In this document: positions 31,660 through 41,678 of the stretch, in pieces
Layout: each line of letters starts with the position of its first letter
Position numbering within the stretch: the first letter of the stretch is position 1
Source: Spirochaetia bacterium
GTDB taxonomy: Bacteria > Spirochaetota > Spirochaetia > SZUA-6 > Bin103
Reading direction: 5' to 3'
Assembly (NCBI GenBank): GCA_965199955.1
Contig: CBDATQ010000001.1
Coordinates: 544,001-608,000, forward strand
DNA: 64,000 nt
Program-made: the position numbers and the translations under genes
Notes under the pieces: generated by a model
The model's database searches: none
Seen by the model: only the letters and a program-made list of their open reading frames with translations
What the model was told of the DNA's origin: nothing

Positions 31660-31839
31660 ATGAAGCGCCGCGCCACGCAGGCGACGGTGCAGCGCCGCCA
31701 TGCCACGGTCGTCGACCTGCGGCAGCGGCTCGCGGGTGCGCCGGACGCGGGCGCACCGGACCTGGCGTCGTGGCCGTTGCTGGAGGCGCCGTTGCCGGAT
31801 CTGTCCGAGAGCTTCGAGAGCTGCTACGGGGGAGGCTGA
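31660..31839 (+). CDS. Small hypothetical peptide (59 aa; alternative GTG start at 31633) ending ESCYGGG
   Basis: Strongly GC3-rich codons; TATGAT -10-like box at 31614-31619. Confidence 0.55.
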   Translation: MKRRATQATVQRRHATVVDLRQRLAGAPDAGAPDLASWPLLEAPLPDLSESFESCYGGG

Positions 31840-31855
31840 GCGGCGGGGAAGCCGG

Positions 31856-33235
31856 TCATCCGGCCGGCTGATGCTCCTGCGGCCGCGGCGGCGGGTGGCG
31901 CTGCCCGGTGATCGTGATCCGGAACCGGTCGTCGGGGCTTGGCAGCGGATTCATCACGACGTGCAACTCTTGGTCCGGCGGATGCATCTCCACGTGGAAG
32001 TGGCGGAACAGCACGGCCGACACGATCAGGTACAGCAGATCGGCGGTGGTCGCCCCCAGGCAGGTGTGCGAGCCCAGCCCATACGGGCAGTACACGTTCG
32101 GCTGCATGTGCTCCTTGCGCTCCGGGCCGTAGCGGCCGACGTCGAAGCGTTCGGGGTTCGGGAAGAACTCGGGGAGGTGATGGGTCACCGTGTTGGCGAT
32201 GAGGCAGTACTCGTCCCTGGGGATCTCGTAGCCCTGGAACTGGAAGGAAGCTATGGACGTACGGGGAAGGGCGGGCGCCGGGGGATGCAGGCGCAGGATC
32301 TCCATGGCCGCCCGCCGCGTCTGGATCATCTGGCGCAATGAGTCTCGATCGGGATAGCCGCCGGCGAACGCCAGGTCCGCTTCGGCCACGATCGCGCGGT
32401 GCAGCTCAGGATCCCGCAGGATGTGGTACAGCAGGAAGGAGGTGGCGCTGGCCGCGGTGTCCATGCCCGCGATGAACGGACCGATGAGCGCCGCCACGGC
32501 GTCCCGTTCGCTCATCAGCCGCGGATGCTCGGCGTGAAACCTGCGGACAAGGTCGACGAAGTCGCCGTCCTGCTCCAAGTGATCGCGCACGTCATGCTCG
32601 TCCCAGATGCGGCGGACCATGGCCAGCACCGAGCGCCGGGATGAGACGTAGCGCGGCAGGTACTTCATGAAGCCGGGGCGCACCTTTCGGATGTGGATCT
32701 GGACGAGTGCCCGGAAGAAGTAGATCAGGTCGTCCATGATCTCATCCGGTTCCTCGTTCGTCGCCATGTAGCCCAGCACGGACGAGACCAGTCGCTTGAC
32801 GTAGGAGAAGGCCGGAATGGGGACCCCGCGCGGCCAGCCCTGCATCAGGTGGAGCTGGCTCGTGACCAGCTTCTCCATCTGGGCGTACAGGGTCCTGCCC
32901 GAGTAGCCGTCCTTGAGGCCGGCGCGCATGGTGCGGTGATCGGGGCCGTCCAGCTCGATTAGCGTCGGATTGTCGCCGCCAAGCACCTGGTGGATGTCCT
33001 GCATCACCGCCCCGGACGAGAACAGGCGGTGGCCGTGCTGCTTCATCAGCGCGTTCGCGTCGGGGCCGGCCAGTACCAGCGGGCGATGGTTCAGGATCGG
33101 CACGCGGAACACCGGGCCCAGCCGCTGGTACTGGGTGGTGAGGAAGCTGCTGAGGGCGGTGAGCATCGGCCGGACGTTGCCGATGATCGGCGGCCCCGGA
33201 GCCAGTGGGATGGTGAGAGCGGATGCGGCCGCCAT
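31856..33235 (-). CDS. Cytochrome P450
   Basis: AGMDT I-helix, EILR, PERF, YGLGSHTCLG heme motif. Confidence 0.95.
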   Translation of the reverse strand: MAAASALTIPLAPGPPIIGNVRPMLTALSSFLTTQYQRLGPVFRVPILNHRPLVLAGPDANALMKQHGHRLFSSGAVMQDIHQVLGGDNPTLIELDGPDHRTMRAGLKDGYSGRTLYAQMEKLVTSQLHLMQGWPRGVPIPAFSYVKRLVSSVLGYMATNEEPDEIMDDLIYFFRALVQIHIRKVRPGFMKYLPRYVSSRRSVLAMVRRIWDEHDVRDHLEQDGDFVDLVRRFHAEHPRLMSERDAVAALIGPFIAGMDTAASATSFLLYHILRDPELHRAIVAEADLAFAGGYPDRDSLRQMIQTRRAAMEILRLHPPAPALPRTSIASFQFQGYEIPRDEYCLIANTVTHHLPEFFPNPERFDVGRYGPERKEHMQPNVYCPYGLGSHTCLGATTADLLYLIVSAVLFRHFHVEMHPPDQELHVVMNPLPSPDDRFRITITGQRHPPPRPQEHQPAG

Positions 33236-33406
33236 CAGGTTGCCTAAGGTAAGCACGCGTGGACACACCGGCAATCGGCTCGTCGTCAGCCGCACCACTG
33301 CCGCGGGAACGGTCGCCGTGGCCGCTTCTGTCGGAGCCGCTGCCCGACGTGTCCGCGCAGTTCGCGGCCTGCCACCTGGACCGGTGAGCGGCGCCGGCAG
33401 CGCGGA

Positions 33407-34000
33407 TCAGGCCCGGGAGGTCGCGCGCTGCAGGTCGGCGTCCGTGTCGATGTCGAGCTCGCCGCCGGGAAAGTCCACCACCGCAAGCGGTGCGCAGCCG
33501 CGCAGCACGCGCTTCGCGCCGCTGTCACCGGTGAGCGCCGACAGCCGGTCGAACAGCGCCGGCGCGAACAGGACCGGCGCGCCGACGGTGCCCCCATAGG
33601 CACAGGCGACCGCCTGGGCGTCTCCGCGGAGAAAACGCTCGATCAGTCCCGCCAGCACGCGGGCCGTCAACCGAGGCTGATCGCACGGCAGGACGATACA
33701 GCCGGCCGGCCGGTGCGCCGCGGCGGCGCGCATCCCGCATGCGATCGAGGTGCCCACGCCGTCTGCCCAGTCAGGGTTGCTCACGGGCAGGACCGGAAGA
33801 TCCGCAACCGCGGCCCCCACCGAGTCCGACTCGGCGCCAAGCACCACCGCCACCGGCCGGCAGCCGGCGTCCAGCGCCGCCCGAGCGGCTCGGTGCACCA
33901 GCGGCTCGCCATCGATCGGCACCAACTGCTTGGGGCGGCCGAGCCGGGCCGATCCGCCGGCCGCCAGTACCACTGCCGCGATCGGCACGTCCGCGTTCAC
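33407..34000 (-). CDS. Molybdenum cofactor cytidylyltransferase-like nucleotidyltransferase (MocA type)
   Basis: VLAAGGSARLGRPKQL, CDQP, GDSGA, DIDT; GTGA overlap with XdhC gene. Confidence 0.9.
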   Translation of the reverse strand: MNADVPIAAVVLAAGGSARLGRPKQLVPIDGEPLVHRAARAALDAGCRPVAVVLGAESDSVGAAVADLPVLPVSNPDWADGVGTSIACGMRAAAAHRPAGCIVLPCDQPRLTARVLAGLIERFLRGDAQAVACAYGGTVGAPVLFAPALFDRLSALTGDSGAKRVLRGCAPLAVVDFPGGELDIDTDADLQRATSRA

Positions 34001-35109
34001 GGCGGTCGGTCGTGGATCGGGCTGGCTCGGTCGCGCAGGTGGCCGGCCGTGCGCGCTTCCAGCACGCCCAGGATCTCGGCGATCACCGAGAGCGCGATCT
34101 CTTCCGGCGTCTGCGCGCCCACGTCCAGCCCGGCCGGACAATACAGCCGGCCGCGGTCGGCCGCGTCCCAGCCCGAGTCGGCGATGAGCCGCTCCGCGCG
34201 GGAGCGGGGGCCGACCACTCCCACGTAGGCGGCCGGCGTGGTACGCAGCTCGCGCAGGATGGCCGCGTCGCGGAGGTAGTCGTGGGTCAGAGACACGCAC
34301 GCGGTGCGCGCCCCGGGAGCGATGCGGCGAACCGCCCCGGCCGCGTCGGCGACGTGCAGCACCTCGCTGGCGGCGGGATGACGCTCCGGGTCGGCATGGG
34401 CCGGACGGTGGTCCACCAGCGTCACGTGCAGGCCGACCCGAGCGCCGATCTCCGCCAGGGGAACGGCGTCGTCGCCGGCGCCGAACACCGCCAGCCGCCG
34501 TTCCGGCGTCAGCCCCTCGATGATGACCTGCACGGCGTGCCCGCCCACCGGGTACGGGTTCACGTCGACGCGCTCGGAACCCAGCAGCGACCGCGCGTCC
34601 CGCTCGACGGCCGCCTCAAGGCCCGCGTCGCCCAGGGAGCCGCGCGGCGCGCCGTCCCCGGTCACCAGCAGGCGCGCGCCCAGAGGCGCCGGGCAGCGAC
34701 CGCTCCCCGGCGCCACCACGGTGGCCAGCACGGACGGCTGGCCCCGTACCGAAGGCTCCAGGCAGGCGCGCAGGGACGGCCGGTGCCCGTCGTCGACCGG
34801 CGCGAGCAGGATGTCCACCACGCCCTGGCAGCCGCTGCCCGAGCCCATCAGCACGTCCGCGGGGCCGGTGGTGTCGAAGCGGTGCACGGAGGTTCGACCG
34901 CTGTCCATCGCCCGCCGCGCCCGGTCGTCCAGGTCGAAACATCCTCCCGAGATCATCCCCACCCGCTCTCCGCCGGCGCCGAACAGCATGCGCGCGCCGG
35001 CTCGGCGGTAGCTCGAACCGTCGACCTGCACGACGGTGGCCACCGCGCCGGGCCGGCCGTCCCGCTCCAGGGCGCTCAGGTAGTCGAGCAGCCGCTCGCG
35101 TTCGGTCAT
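33997..35109 (-). CDS. XdhC/CoxI-family Moco insertion chaperone
   Basis: GSSYRRAGARM, ISGGC, GSGCQG, FGAGDDA, GLDVGAQTPEEIALS. Confidence 0.93.
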   Translation of the reverse strand: MTERERLLDYLSALERDGRPGAVATVVQVDGSSYRRAGARMLFGAGGERVGMISGGCFDLDDRARRAMDSGRTSVHRFDTTGPADVLMGSGSGCQGVVDILLAPVDDGHRPSLRACLEPSVRGQPSVLATVVAPGSGRCPAPLGARLLVTGDGAPRGSLGDAGLEAAVERDARSLLGSERVDVNPYPVGGHAVQVIIEGLTPERRLAVFGAGDDAVPLAEIGARVGLHVTLVDHRPAHADPERHPAASEVLHVADAAGAVRRIAPGARTACVSLTHDYLRDAAILRELRTTPAAYVGVVGPRSRAERLIADSGWDAADRGRLYCPAGLDVGAQTPEEIALSVIAEILGVLEARTAGHLRDRASPIHDRPP

Positions 35110-35122
35110 GTCCTTTCTCCCG

Positions 35123-35662
35123 CTATGCGCCGGGGGCGTACAGCAGCGCGTAGATCAGCACCCCGGTGACCGACACGTACAGCCAGATGGGGAGCGTCAC
35201 GCGCGCCAGGGGGCGATGGCCGGGGTGACGGGTCCAGCCGCGCCTCAGCGTCACGAGCGCGAGCGGTACGATCGTGATGGCGAGGATGATGTGGGTCACC
35301 AGGACGGGGTAGTACAGCCACGGCGCCGATCCCTCGTAGGGCTTCGCGCCGCCGGCAGCGAAGTGATAGATCAGGTACCCGGTGAGGAACAGCGTCGAGG
35401 CCGCGAAGGCCGCCAGCACGAGCGCCCGATGGGCGCCGACCGCGCCACGCCGGATGGCGATGAAGGCCGCCACCAGCAGGACGGCGGCGATCGCGTTCCA
35501 GGTCGTGTTCACGGCCGGCAGCGCCGACACGTCGAGCCGCGACGCCGTGCGCTCGCCGGTGACGACGAAGGTAATCGCCGCCACGGCGGCCACGCTGAAG
35601 ATGGCGATGATCGTCAGCCAGAAGCGATCAGCGGCGGCGCGCTCGGCCGCGGTACGGGGCAT
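35123..35662 (-). CDS. DUF420 membrane protein
   Basis: LPAVN, FLTGYLIYH, THIILA, HRPLARVTLPIWLYVSVTG. Confidence 0.9.
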   Translation of the reverse strand: MPRTAAERAAADRFWLTIIAIFSVAAVAAITFVVTGERTASRLDVSALPAVNTTWNAIAAVLLVAAFIAIRRGAVGAHRALVLAAFAASTLFLTGYLIYHFAAGGAKPYEGSAPWLYYPVLVTHIILAITIVPLALVTLRRGWTRHPGHRPLARVTLPIWLYVSVTGVLIYALLYAPGA

Positions 35663-35668
35663 GGATAG

Positions 35669-36469
35669 ATGAGTATACCGGCAGCAGGCGAGGGGACAGT
35701 CGTGCAGCGCGCGCTGGTGATCACCGATCGCGCGCTGGCGGCCGCGGGCGGTGAGGCGGCGGTGCGCAGGCGTTGCGAAGAGCACGCGCTGGACATGGAA
35801 TTCGCGCTGCGCCGCGAGCACGAGCGCGGCGGCCTGGACCTGCAGGCATCGTGGCTGATCGACGGCCGCGCGCGCGGCTTCGTGGTGGCGCTGGGCGCCG
35901 ACCGGGCGGCGGATGCCGGCTTCCACCTGTCCGTATGCGGTTCGATCGGCGCCGTGCTGAACCACGTGCGGGCGGTGTGGGACGAGCGGCCGACCTTCTC
36001 GTCGTGGCGTGCCGCGGCGGCCACCGTCGCGCGGCTCCGCTCCCGCGGCCGGTTGGTGTTCACCAACGGCGTCTTCGACCTGCTGCATGCCGGCCACCTG
36101 CGGTCGCTGGAGCATGCGCGCGGCCTGGGCGGGGCGCTGGTGGTCGGCCTCAACAGCGACGCCTCCGCGAGGGGGCTGCGGCCGGCCGGCCGGCCGGTGA
36201 TCGGCCAGTTCGCGCGCGCCGAGCTGCTGGCGGCGCTACGGTGCGTGGACGCGGTCATCGTCTTCGACGAGCCCGATCCGCTGCGCCTGATCGAGGCGGT
36301 GCGCCCCGACGTGCTGGTCAAGGGCGGCAGCTATATGGCCGATCGGGTGGACGGCGGTGCCGAGGTGCGCGCGGCCGGCGGGGTGGTGGCGCTGTCGCCG
36401 GTGCTTGCCGGCACCTCCACCAGCGCCATCGTCGAGCGGATCACCGGAGGAGGCGCCGGCAAGCGCTGA
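35669..36469 (+). CDS. RfaE/HldE domain II heptose-1-phosphate adenylyltransferase with N-terminal extension (start uncertain)
   Basis: FTNGVFDLLHAGH, GLNSDAS, PDVLVKG, STSAIV. Confidence 0.88.
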   Translation: MSIPAAGEGTVVQRALVITDRALAAAGGEAAVRRRCEEHALDMEFALRREHERGGLDLQASWLIDGRARGFVVALGADRAADAGFHLSVCGSIGAVLNHVRAVWDERPTFSSWRAAAATVARLRSRGRLVFTNGVFDLLHAGHLRSLEHARGLGGALVVGLNSDASARGLRPAGRPVIGQFARAELLAALRCVDAVIVFDEPDPLRLIEAVRPDVLVKGGSYMADRVDGGAEVRAAGGVVALSPVLAGTSTSAIVERITGGGAGKR

Positions 36470-37343
36470 GCACCGGATCGACGCCGATGTCATCCATCGA
36501 TGCGCCGGCTGGCGGCGCCGGCACGGCTGCGCAGCGATCGCCAGGGGTGATCTTCGACGGCGTGACCACCAGCACGGGGCTGCCGGACGGGGCCGGCGCC
36601 CACACCGCGGCGTCGCTGACCGCGAACAGCGCCACGACCGGCACCGAGAGCGCGGCGACCATGTGGGAGAGTCCCGAGTCATTGCCCAGTACCACGGCGC
36701 AGGAAGCGATCGCCTGAGCGGTGCCCGTGATCGGCCGGCCGCGCACGACCAGGTCGACGTCGGCGGCCGGCGGGCGCAGCTCCTCCTCGGCCGGGCCGAG
36801 TAGCCACATCACCTCCGCGTGCGGGCGGAGAGCATCCGCGACGGCAGCGAAGCGCTCCAGCGGCCAGTTCTTGCGAGCGCTGCCCGATCCGGGCGCGATG
36901 CCGATGCGGCGGCGTCTCCGCTCGGCAGGAAGCTGAAGCGCTGGCGCGCGATCGTCGGCAGGTGCGGCGCCAACCGCCCGCAGGTGATGCCCGACGACCG
37001 GCTCCCGGCGCGCCGGCAGTGGAGGCACCACGCTGACCGGGCCGGACACCGCCGAGGCCAGCGCCTGCTCGATGGGACCGCCCGGCGCCGTGAACGCCAG
37101 CGCCGCGTCGATCGGCGCCGGAAGGGCAGGCGGCGCGCCTCGATACGCGCTGGCGAACCAGGCTGCGCCGGCGTCCCAGCGATCGCCGACGATGCCTGCC
37201 GCCTGCAACAACTCGCCGGGACGCCCGCGGCCGAGCAGCACCGGCCGCCCGGCGTCGCGGTCTCGGACCCAGTGCTCGATCGCCGGCACGGCGACGATCA
37301 GATCGCCCAGCGCGCCAGCGTGATAGACAAGCGCCGTTCTCAC
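36441..37343 (-). CDS. Glycosyltransferase family 9 (heptosyltransferase-like)
   Basis: GALGD, PGSGSARKNWP, GNDSGLSH, PVVALF. Confidence 0.88.
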   Translation of the reverse strand: MRTALVYHAGALGDLIVAVPAIEHWVRDRDAGRPVLLGRGRPGELLQAAGIVGDRWDAGAAWFASAYRGAPPALPAPIDAALAFTAPGGPIEQALASAVSGPVSVVPPLPARREPVVGHHLRAVGAAPADDRAPALQLPAERRRRRIGIAPGSGSARKNWPLERFAAVADALRPHAEVMWLLGPAEEELRPPAADVDLVVRGRPITGTAQAIASCAVVLGNDSGLSHMVAALSVPVVALFAVSDAAVWAPAPSGSPVLVVTPSKITPGDRCAAVPAPPAGASMDDIGVDPVLSACRRLLR

Positions 37344-37371
37344 GCCTGCAAGACGATAGACTACGCACGCC

Positions 37372-38358
37372 ATGGGAAGCGGCGACGCCGGGACGGCAGG
37401 CGAAGGAATCCCCCGGCCGCGCGGCGTCGCGTGGGCGTCCCTCACGCTGGTCCGTGGAGTGGCGATGGGAGTCGTCGAGCTCGTGCCCGGCGTGAGCGGC
37501 GGCACCATGGCGCTGGTCCTGGGCATCTACGGAGAGCTGATCAACGCGGTCGACAGCACGTTCGCGTGGATCGGACGGGGGCTGCGCCGGCTGCTGCCGG
37601 ACCGCGCCCGCGTCGCCGGCCGTGGGGTCACGCCGCCCTTCCCGTTCCTGGCACTGCTGCTGATCGGTATGGCGGTGGCGGTGCTCGCGGGCAGCCACCT
37701 GGTCACGGAGTTGCTGAGCACCGCACCGGGGCCGACCTACGCGTTCTTCTGTGGCCTGGTGCTGGCATCGGTGGCCACGCCGTGGCGGCTGATGGAGCGG
37801 CGCGGCCCGGCCGAGGTGGCCGTGATCCTGTGCGCGGCGGCCGCGAGCTTCCTGGCCACCGGCCTGCGCGCGGCGGAGGCCGGCACGCCCACGCTCCCGT
37901 TCCTGCTGGTCTGCGGGGCGCTGGCGGTGGCCGTGCTGATGCTGCCAGGGGTGAGCGGCTCGTTCGTGCTGCTCGCGCTCGGATCCTACGGCTACGTGAT
38001 CGAACGCGTGCGCGGCCTCACCGTCGGCGAGATCGGCGACTCCGTCCTGCCGCTGGCGGTGTTCGGGATCGGCGTGCTGCTGGGGCTGGCCACGGTCACG
38101 CGGATCATCTCCTGGCTGCTCACGCGCCACCGGTCGCTCACCCTGGCTGCCCTCACCGGGCTGATGCTGGGATCGGTTCGGGCGCTCGCGCCCTTCTACC
38201 GGGACGGGCAGTTGGTGCCGCTCCGAGAGATTGGGACCCTCGGTGCCGAGCTGGGTCCCCTGGCGGTTGCGGCCGCAGCCGGCGCGGCAACGGTGGTGCT
38301 GCTGTCGCTGGCTGCGCGTCCGGCCAGGCTGTCGCGATTGCCACCGCCCAGGGATTGA
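37372..38358 (+). CDS. DUF368-family undecaprenyl-phosphate translocase
   Basis: Twin re-entrant motifs VPGVSGGTMAL and LPGVSGS; GLMLGS. Confidence 0.9.
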   Translation: MGSGDAGTAGEGIPRPRGVAWASLTLVRGVAMGVVELVPGVSGGTMALVLGIYGELINAVDSTFAWIGRGLRRLLPDRARVAGRGVTPPFPFLALLLIGMAVAVLAGSHLVTELLSTAPGPTYAFFCGLVLASVATPWRLMERRGPAEVAVILCAAAASFLATGLRAAEAGTPTLPFLLVCGALAVAVLMLPGVSGSFVLLALGSYGYVIERVRGLTVGEIGDSVLPLAVFGIGVLLGLATVTRIISWLLTRHRSLTLAALTGLMLGSVRALAPFYRDGQLVPLREIGTLGAELGPLAVAAAAGAATVVLLSLAARPARLSRLPPPRD

Positions 38359-38472
38359 AGCCGCCGCCGGGGGCGCTCATTGGCCATGAGCTGTAGCAGG
38401 AGGCACTGGTGGGAGAGCCGGTGATGCTGCGGGACGAGGACGTCGGCCGCGTTTCGGCCGGGGTCGGTCCGA

Positions 38473-39477
38473 CTACGAAGGCGCCAGGCTGACGCGCGTA
38501 CCGGTGCGAGCCGATTCGTGGGCGGCCTCGATCGCGCTCAGGGTGCCGACGGCGAAGTCGGCGGTGAGCGGCTCGTCGCCCGGCGCCGCCAGGCGGTCCT
38601 GGAAGTGGGCGATGGCAGGCGCGAACGCCGGGCCGCCGTTGTCCAGGGTGATCACCTCGCGACGGTCGCCGCAGGTGAGATGGATCGTGCTCTCCTCCGG
38701 CGGATGGTACGGCTCCGGCACATGGATGGTGCCGGCGCTGCCGGTGATGGTGACGCCGCGGTGCCGATGGTCGTCGAACCCTCCCATCGCGACCGCCTGC
38801 ACGCCGTCCGGGAGCTCGAGCAGCAGGCTGGCGGCGCCGTCGACGCCGAAACGGTCGTCGTAGCGGACGGCCGCCTGCACGGTGAGCGGCTCGGCGCTCA
38901 GCAGGTGGCGGATGTAGGCGATCGGGTAGCACACCACGTCGAGCATCCCGCCGCCGCCCAGTTCCGGGTCCATGCGGATGTCGCCGGCGCGCTCGGTCCG
39001 ATCGAAGAAGAAGCTCATGTGGGCGGTGATCTGGCTGACCGTGCCGATGCGGCCGCCCGCGATCAGGTCGCCGACCACCCGCGTCTGCGGGTGGTAGCGG
39101 AAGACGAACGCCTCCACCAGCGGGACGCCCAGCTCCCGGCAGCGCGCCGCCAGGCGCGCGGCGCTGTCGCTGGCATCGGTGAGCGGCTTCTCGCAGAACA
39201 CGGGAATGCCGCGCTCGGCCGCCGCCAGCGTCCAGCGCTCGTGCTCGGAGTTGGGAAGCGGCACGTACAGCGCATCGACGGCACCGGAGTCCAGCAGCTC
39301 CGGGTACGACCCGCATGCGCGCGCGGCGCCTTGGGCGGCGGCAAACGCCTGCGCGCGTGCCGCGTCGCGGCTGGCGACAGCGGCGAGCTTCGCGCCGCGC
39401 ACCGTGCGCAGCGCCGGTATGAAGACGTTGGCGGCGATCTGCGCGGTTCCCAGGACTCCCCAGCGCACCGTGTTCAT
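38473..39477 (-). CDS. Gfo/Idh/MocA oxidoreductase
   Basis: RWGVLGTAQIA, VPLPNSEH, CEKPL, GGGMLDVVCY. Confidence 0.93.
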   Translation of the reverse strand: MNTVRWGVLGTAQIAANVFIPALRTVRGAKLAAVASRDAARAQAFAAAQGAARACGSYPELLDSGAVDALYVPLPNSEHERWTLAAAERGIPVFCEKPLTDASDSAARLAARCRELGVPLVEAFVFRYHPQTRVVGDLIAGGRIGTVSQITAHMSFFFDRTERAGDIRMDPELGGGGMLDVVCYPIAYIRHLLSAEPLTVQAAVRYDDRFGVDGAASLLLELPDGVQAVAMGGFDDHRHRGVTITGSAGTIHVPEPYHPPEESTIHLTCGDRREVITLDNGGPAFAPAIAHFQDRLAAPGDEPLTADFAVGTLSAIEAAHESARTGTRVSLAPS

Positions 39478-41678
39478 GACGCCTCCAGTGTACCGTGCTC
39501 TGCGCGCCGGCCGGGAAGCAGCGACCGCAGCCGGCTGCGGCGCCGGATTCGCCTGACCGCGGCTGCGGCGCGCGCGGCGCCTGCGACCTCGGCCGTGGTG
39601 GGCTGGTAGCCGGCGTAGGCGACGCGGACGAACAGGCCCACGAACTCACGCAGCGCGCTCGCCGCCTCCGGCAGGAGGGCGCCGAAGGACCGTTCCCACG
39701 ACAGCCAGCCGGTCTCCTCCGGAAGCGGGATGCCGGCGCGGGCGCCGAGCCTGACGTAGCGTTGCGCGACGCGACCGATCGGGCTGGCGCGCAGCGAGGC
39801 GCGGGCCGACAGGACCAGGCGTACGACCACCCAGACGACGACGGCGAGCATCAGCGCCGCGGCGGCGGCCAGCATCGGCCGCGTGTTCAGCGCACGGCGC
39901 TCGGCCCGAAATTCCTGGCCGAGCATGGAGGAAAGTTGCCGGGCGGTGGCCGAATCGAGCCGTATGTCCTCGTCCACCGTCGGCAACTCCTCGGCCTCCG
40001 CCTGGCCCAGGTTCGGCACGAAGCCGGGATTGACTGCCGGGGTCGCCTCCCAGGTGGTCCAGCCGTGTTCGCCCATCCACACCTCCGCCCAGGTGTGCGC
40101 CGCCAGGCCGGTGACCACCGCTTCCGTGGTGACCAGCTCCGCGGCGTCCAGATCCGGGTCCTCCAGCTCGTCGAGACCGGTCACGATGGCGTCGAGCGAC
40201 GTCACCGGGAAGTGGACGAGGTAGCCGGACACGTAGCGGGCATGGATGCCGTGGAGGCGGGCGAAGATGGTGAAGGCGGAGGCGAAGTGGACGCAATAGC
40301 CCTCCCGTTCGCCCGTCAGAAAGTGACCGATGAAGTCCTCGCCACGGGAAGGTGTCGGGGGTGTCAGCGAGTACACGGCGTTCGACTTGAGGAAGCGCTC
40401 GATGCTGCGGAGCCGCTCGGTGGTGCTGTCGGCTCCCTCGGTCACCTCGTGCGCCAGTGCCCGGACCTCCGCGGGCAGGCTGGCCGGTACCTGCAGGTAG
40501 CGGTTGTCGGTCGGCGGAGCGAGAAAGCGGGTGAGCGGATCGCGCCGCAGCGTGATCGACAGGCCGCGCAGGATCGGCTCCTCCGGGAAGAAACCGCGGG
40601 CGTAGTCCGCGACAGCGAGCCGTGGCGCGTACGGGGTGACGCCGAAGTCGACCGTATCGACGGTGTGCGGCAACCGGTCGTACGCGTCGGCGAGCAGCTC
40701 GACCCGCACGTCCGAGTCGCTGCCTTCGCGGGGCGGCGGAAAGTTGATGAAGCGTGCCGTGTCGCCGGCGTCCGCCGCCTCCTCCCGTGTGAACGCCCAG
40801 GTGGTGCCGTCGTAGTGGTCGAACACCTCCGTGCGCAGGTAGATCGTGCGCCCCTCGGGCGAGTAGACGCGCAGCAGCGGCAGAGGCGACAGCACCGGCG
40901 TGCCGCCCAGGCGGCGCTCCTCGTGCTGGGTGCCGAACCCGGGAATGGAGTACAGCAGCGGGAAGCGCGGGAAGGTGGCGGAGATCGCCCCGCGCATGCG
41001 CGGGTGCAGCACCAGGTTGACGAAGTAGTTGCCGCCGGCCGCGCGCGGGAACAGCAGGCCCACCCCGGTGGCCAGCAGCACGATGACGGCGGCGAACAGC
41101 ACGGAGCCGCCGGTGCGCTCCACGCCACGGCTGCCGAGGACGACCAGGGCCAGCACGACCGCCGCCAGGGTGAGCAGGTTGAGGAGCGTCGACTGCACGA
41201 TCAGCGCCGCCAGGCCCACGCCCAGCACCGCCAGGACGGCCGCCGCCAGGCCGAAGCCGCTCGACAGCACCACGCCGGACGCCGACGAGAACGCCCAGGC
41301 GGCGATCAGCGCGAACAGGTTGGACACCGCTCCCTGCTGCTCGCCGGCGTGCACCTCCGCGAACCAGAGCCGGTAGGAGGAGAACGGCGTGATGAGAATG
41401 CCGACCAGGATCGACACGCCGAACAGCGCCGAGGCGGCGGCTGCCGTCCAGCGCAGCGGCTTGGCGGCAGTCGCCGGCACGAAGGCCGCGGCGATCTGCA
41501 GGGCCACCACCGCGCCGGTGAGGCCGAGCAGCAGCACGACGGACACATTGGCGCGCAACAGCCACCAGACGGCCAGCGGCAGCGCCAGCGCCGTCGCCGC
41601 CGCCGTCGCGGCCCGCAGGTGCTCGGGCTCAGGCCGAACGGCCGAGAGCCAGCGGCGCAGTCGCACGGAGATCTCCAC
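39474..41678 (-). CDS. Membrane-anchored transglutaminase-like protein (TgpA-type)
   Basis: N-terminal TM helices; GYCVHFASA, AHTWAEV and WEATP triad motifs. Confidence 0.88.
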   Translation of the reverse strand: MEISVRLRRWLSAVRPEPEHLRAATAAATALALPLAVWWLLRANVSVVLLLGLTGAVVALQIAAAFVPATAAKPLRWTAAAASALFGVSILVGILITPFSSYRLWFAEVHAGEQQGAVSNLFALIAAWAFSSASGVVLSSGFGLAAAVLAVLGVGLAALIVQSTLLNLLTLAAVVLALVVLGSRGVERTGGSVLFAAVIVLLATGVGLLFPRAAGGNYFVNLVLHPRMRGAISATFPRFPLLYSIPGFGTQHEERRLGGTPVLSPLPLLRVYSPEGRTIYLRTEVFDHYDGTTWAFTREEAADAGDTARFINFPPPREGSDSDVRVELLADAYDRLPHTVDTVDFGVTPYAPRLAVADYARGFFPEEPILRGLSITLRRDPLTRFLAPPTDNRYLQVPASLPAEVRALAHEVTEGADSTTERLRSIERFLKSNAVYSLTPPTPSRGEDFIGHFLTGEREGYCVHFASAFTIFARLHGIHARYVSGYLVHFPVTSLDAIVTGLDELEDPDLDAAELVTTEAVVTGLAAHTWAEVWMGEHGWTTWEATPAVNPGFVPNLGQAEAEELPTVDEDIRLDSATARQLSSMLGQEFRAERRALNTRPMLAAAAALMLAVVVWVVVRLVLSARASLRASPIGRVAQRYVRLGARAGIPLPEETGWLSWERSFGALLPEAASALREFVGLFVRVAYAGYQPTTAEVAGAARAAAAVRRIRRRSRLRSLLPGRRAEHGTLEAS

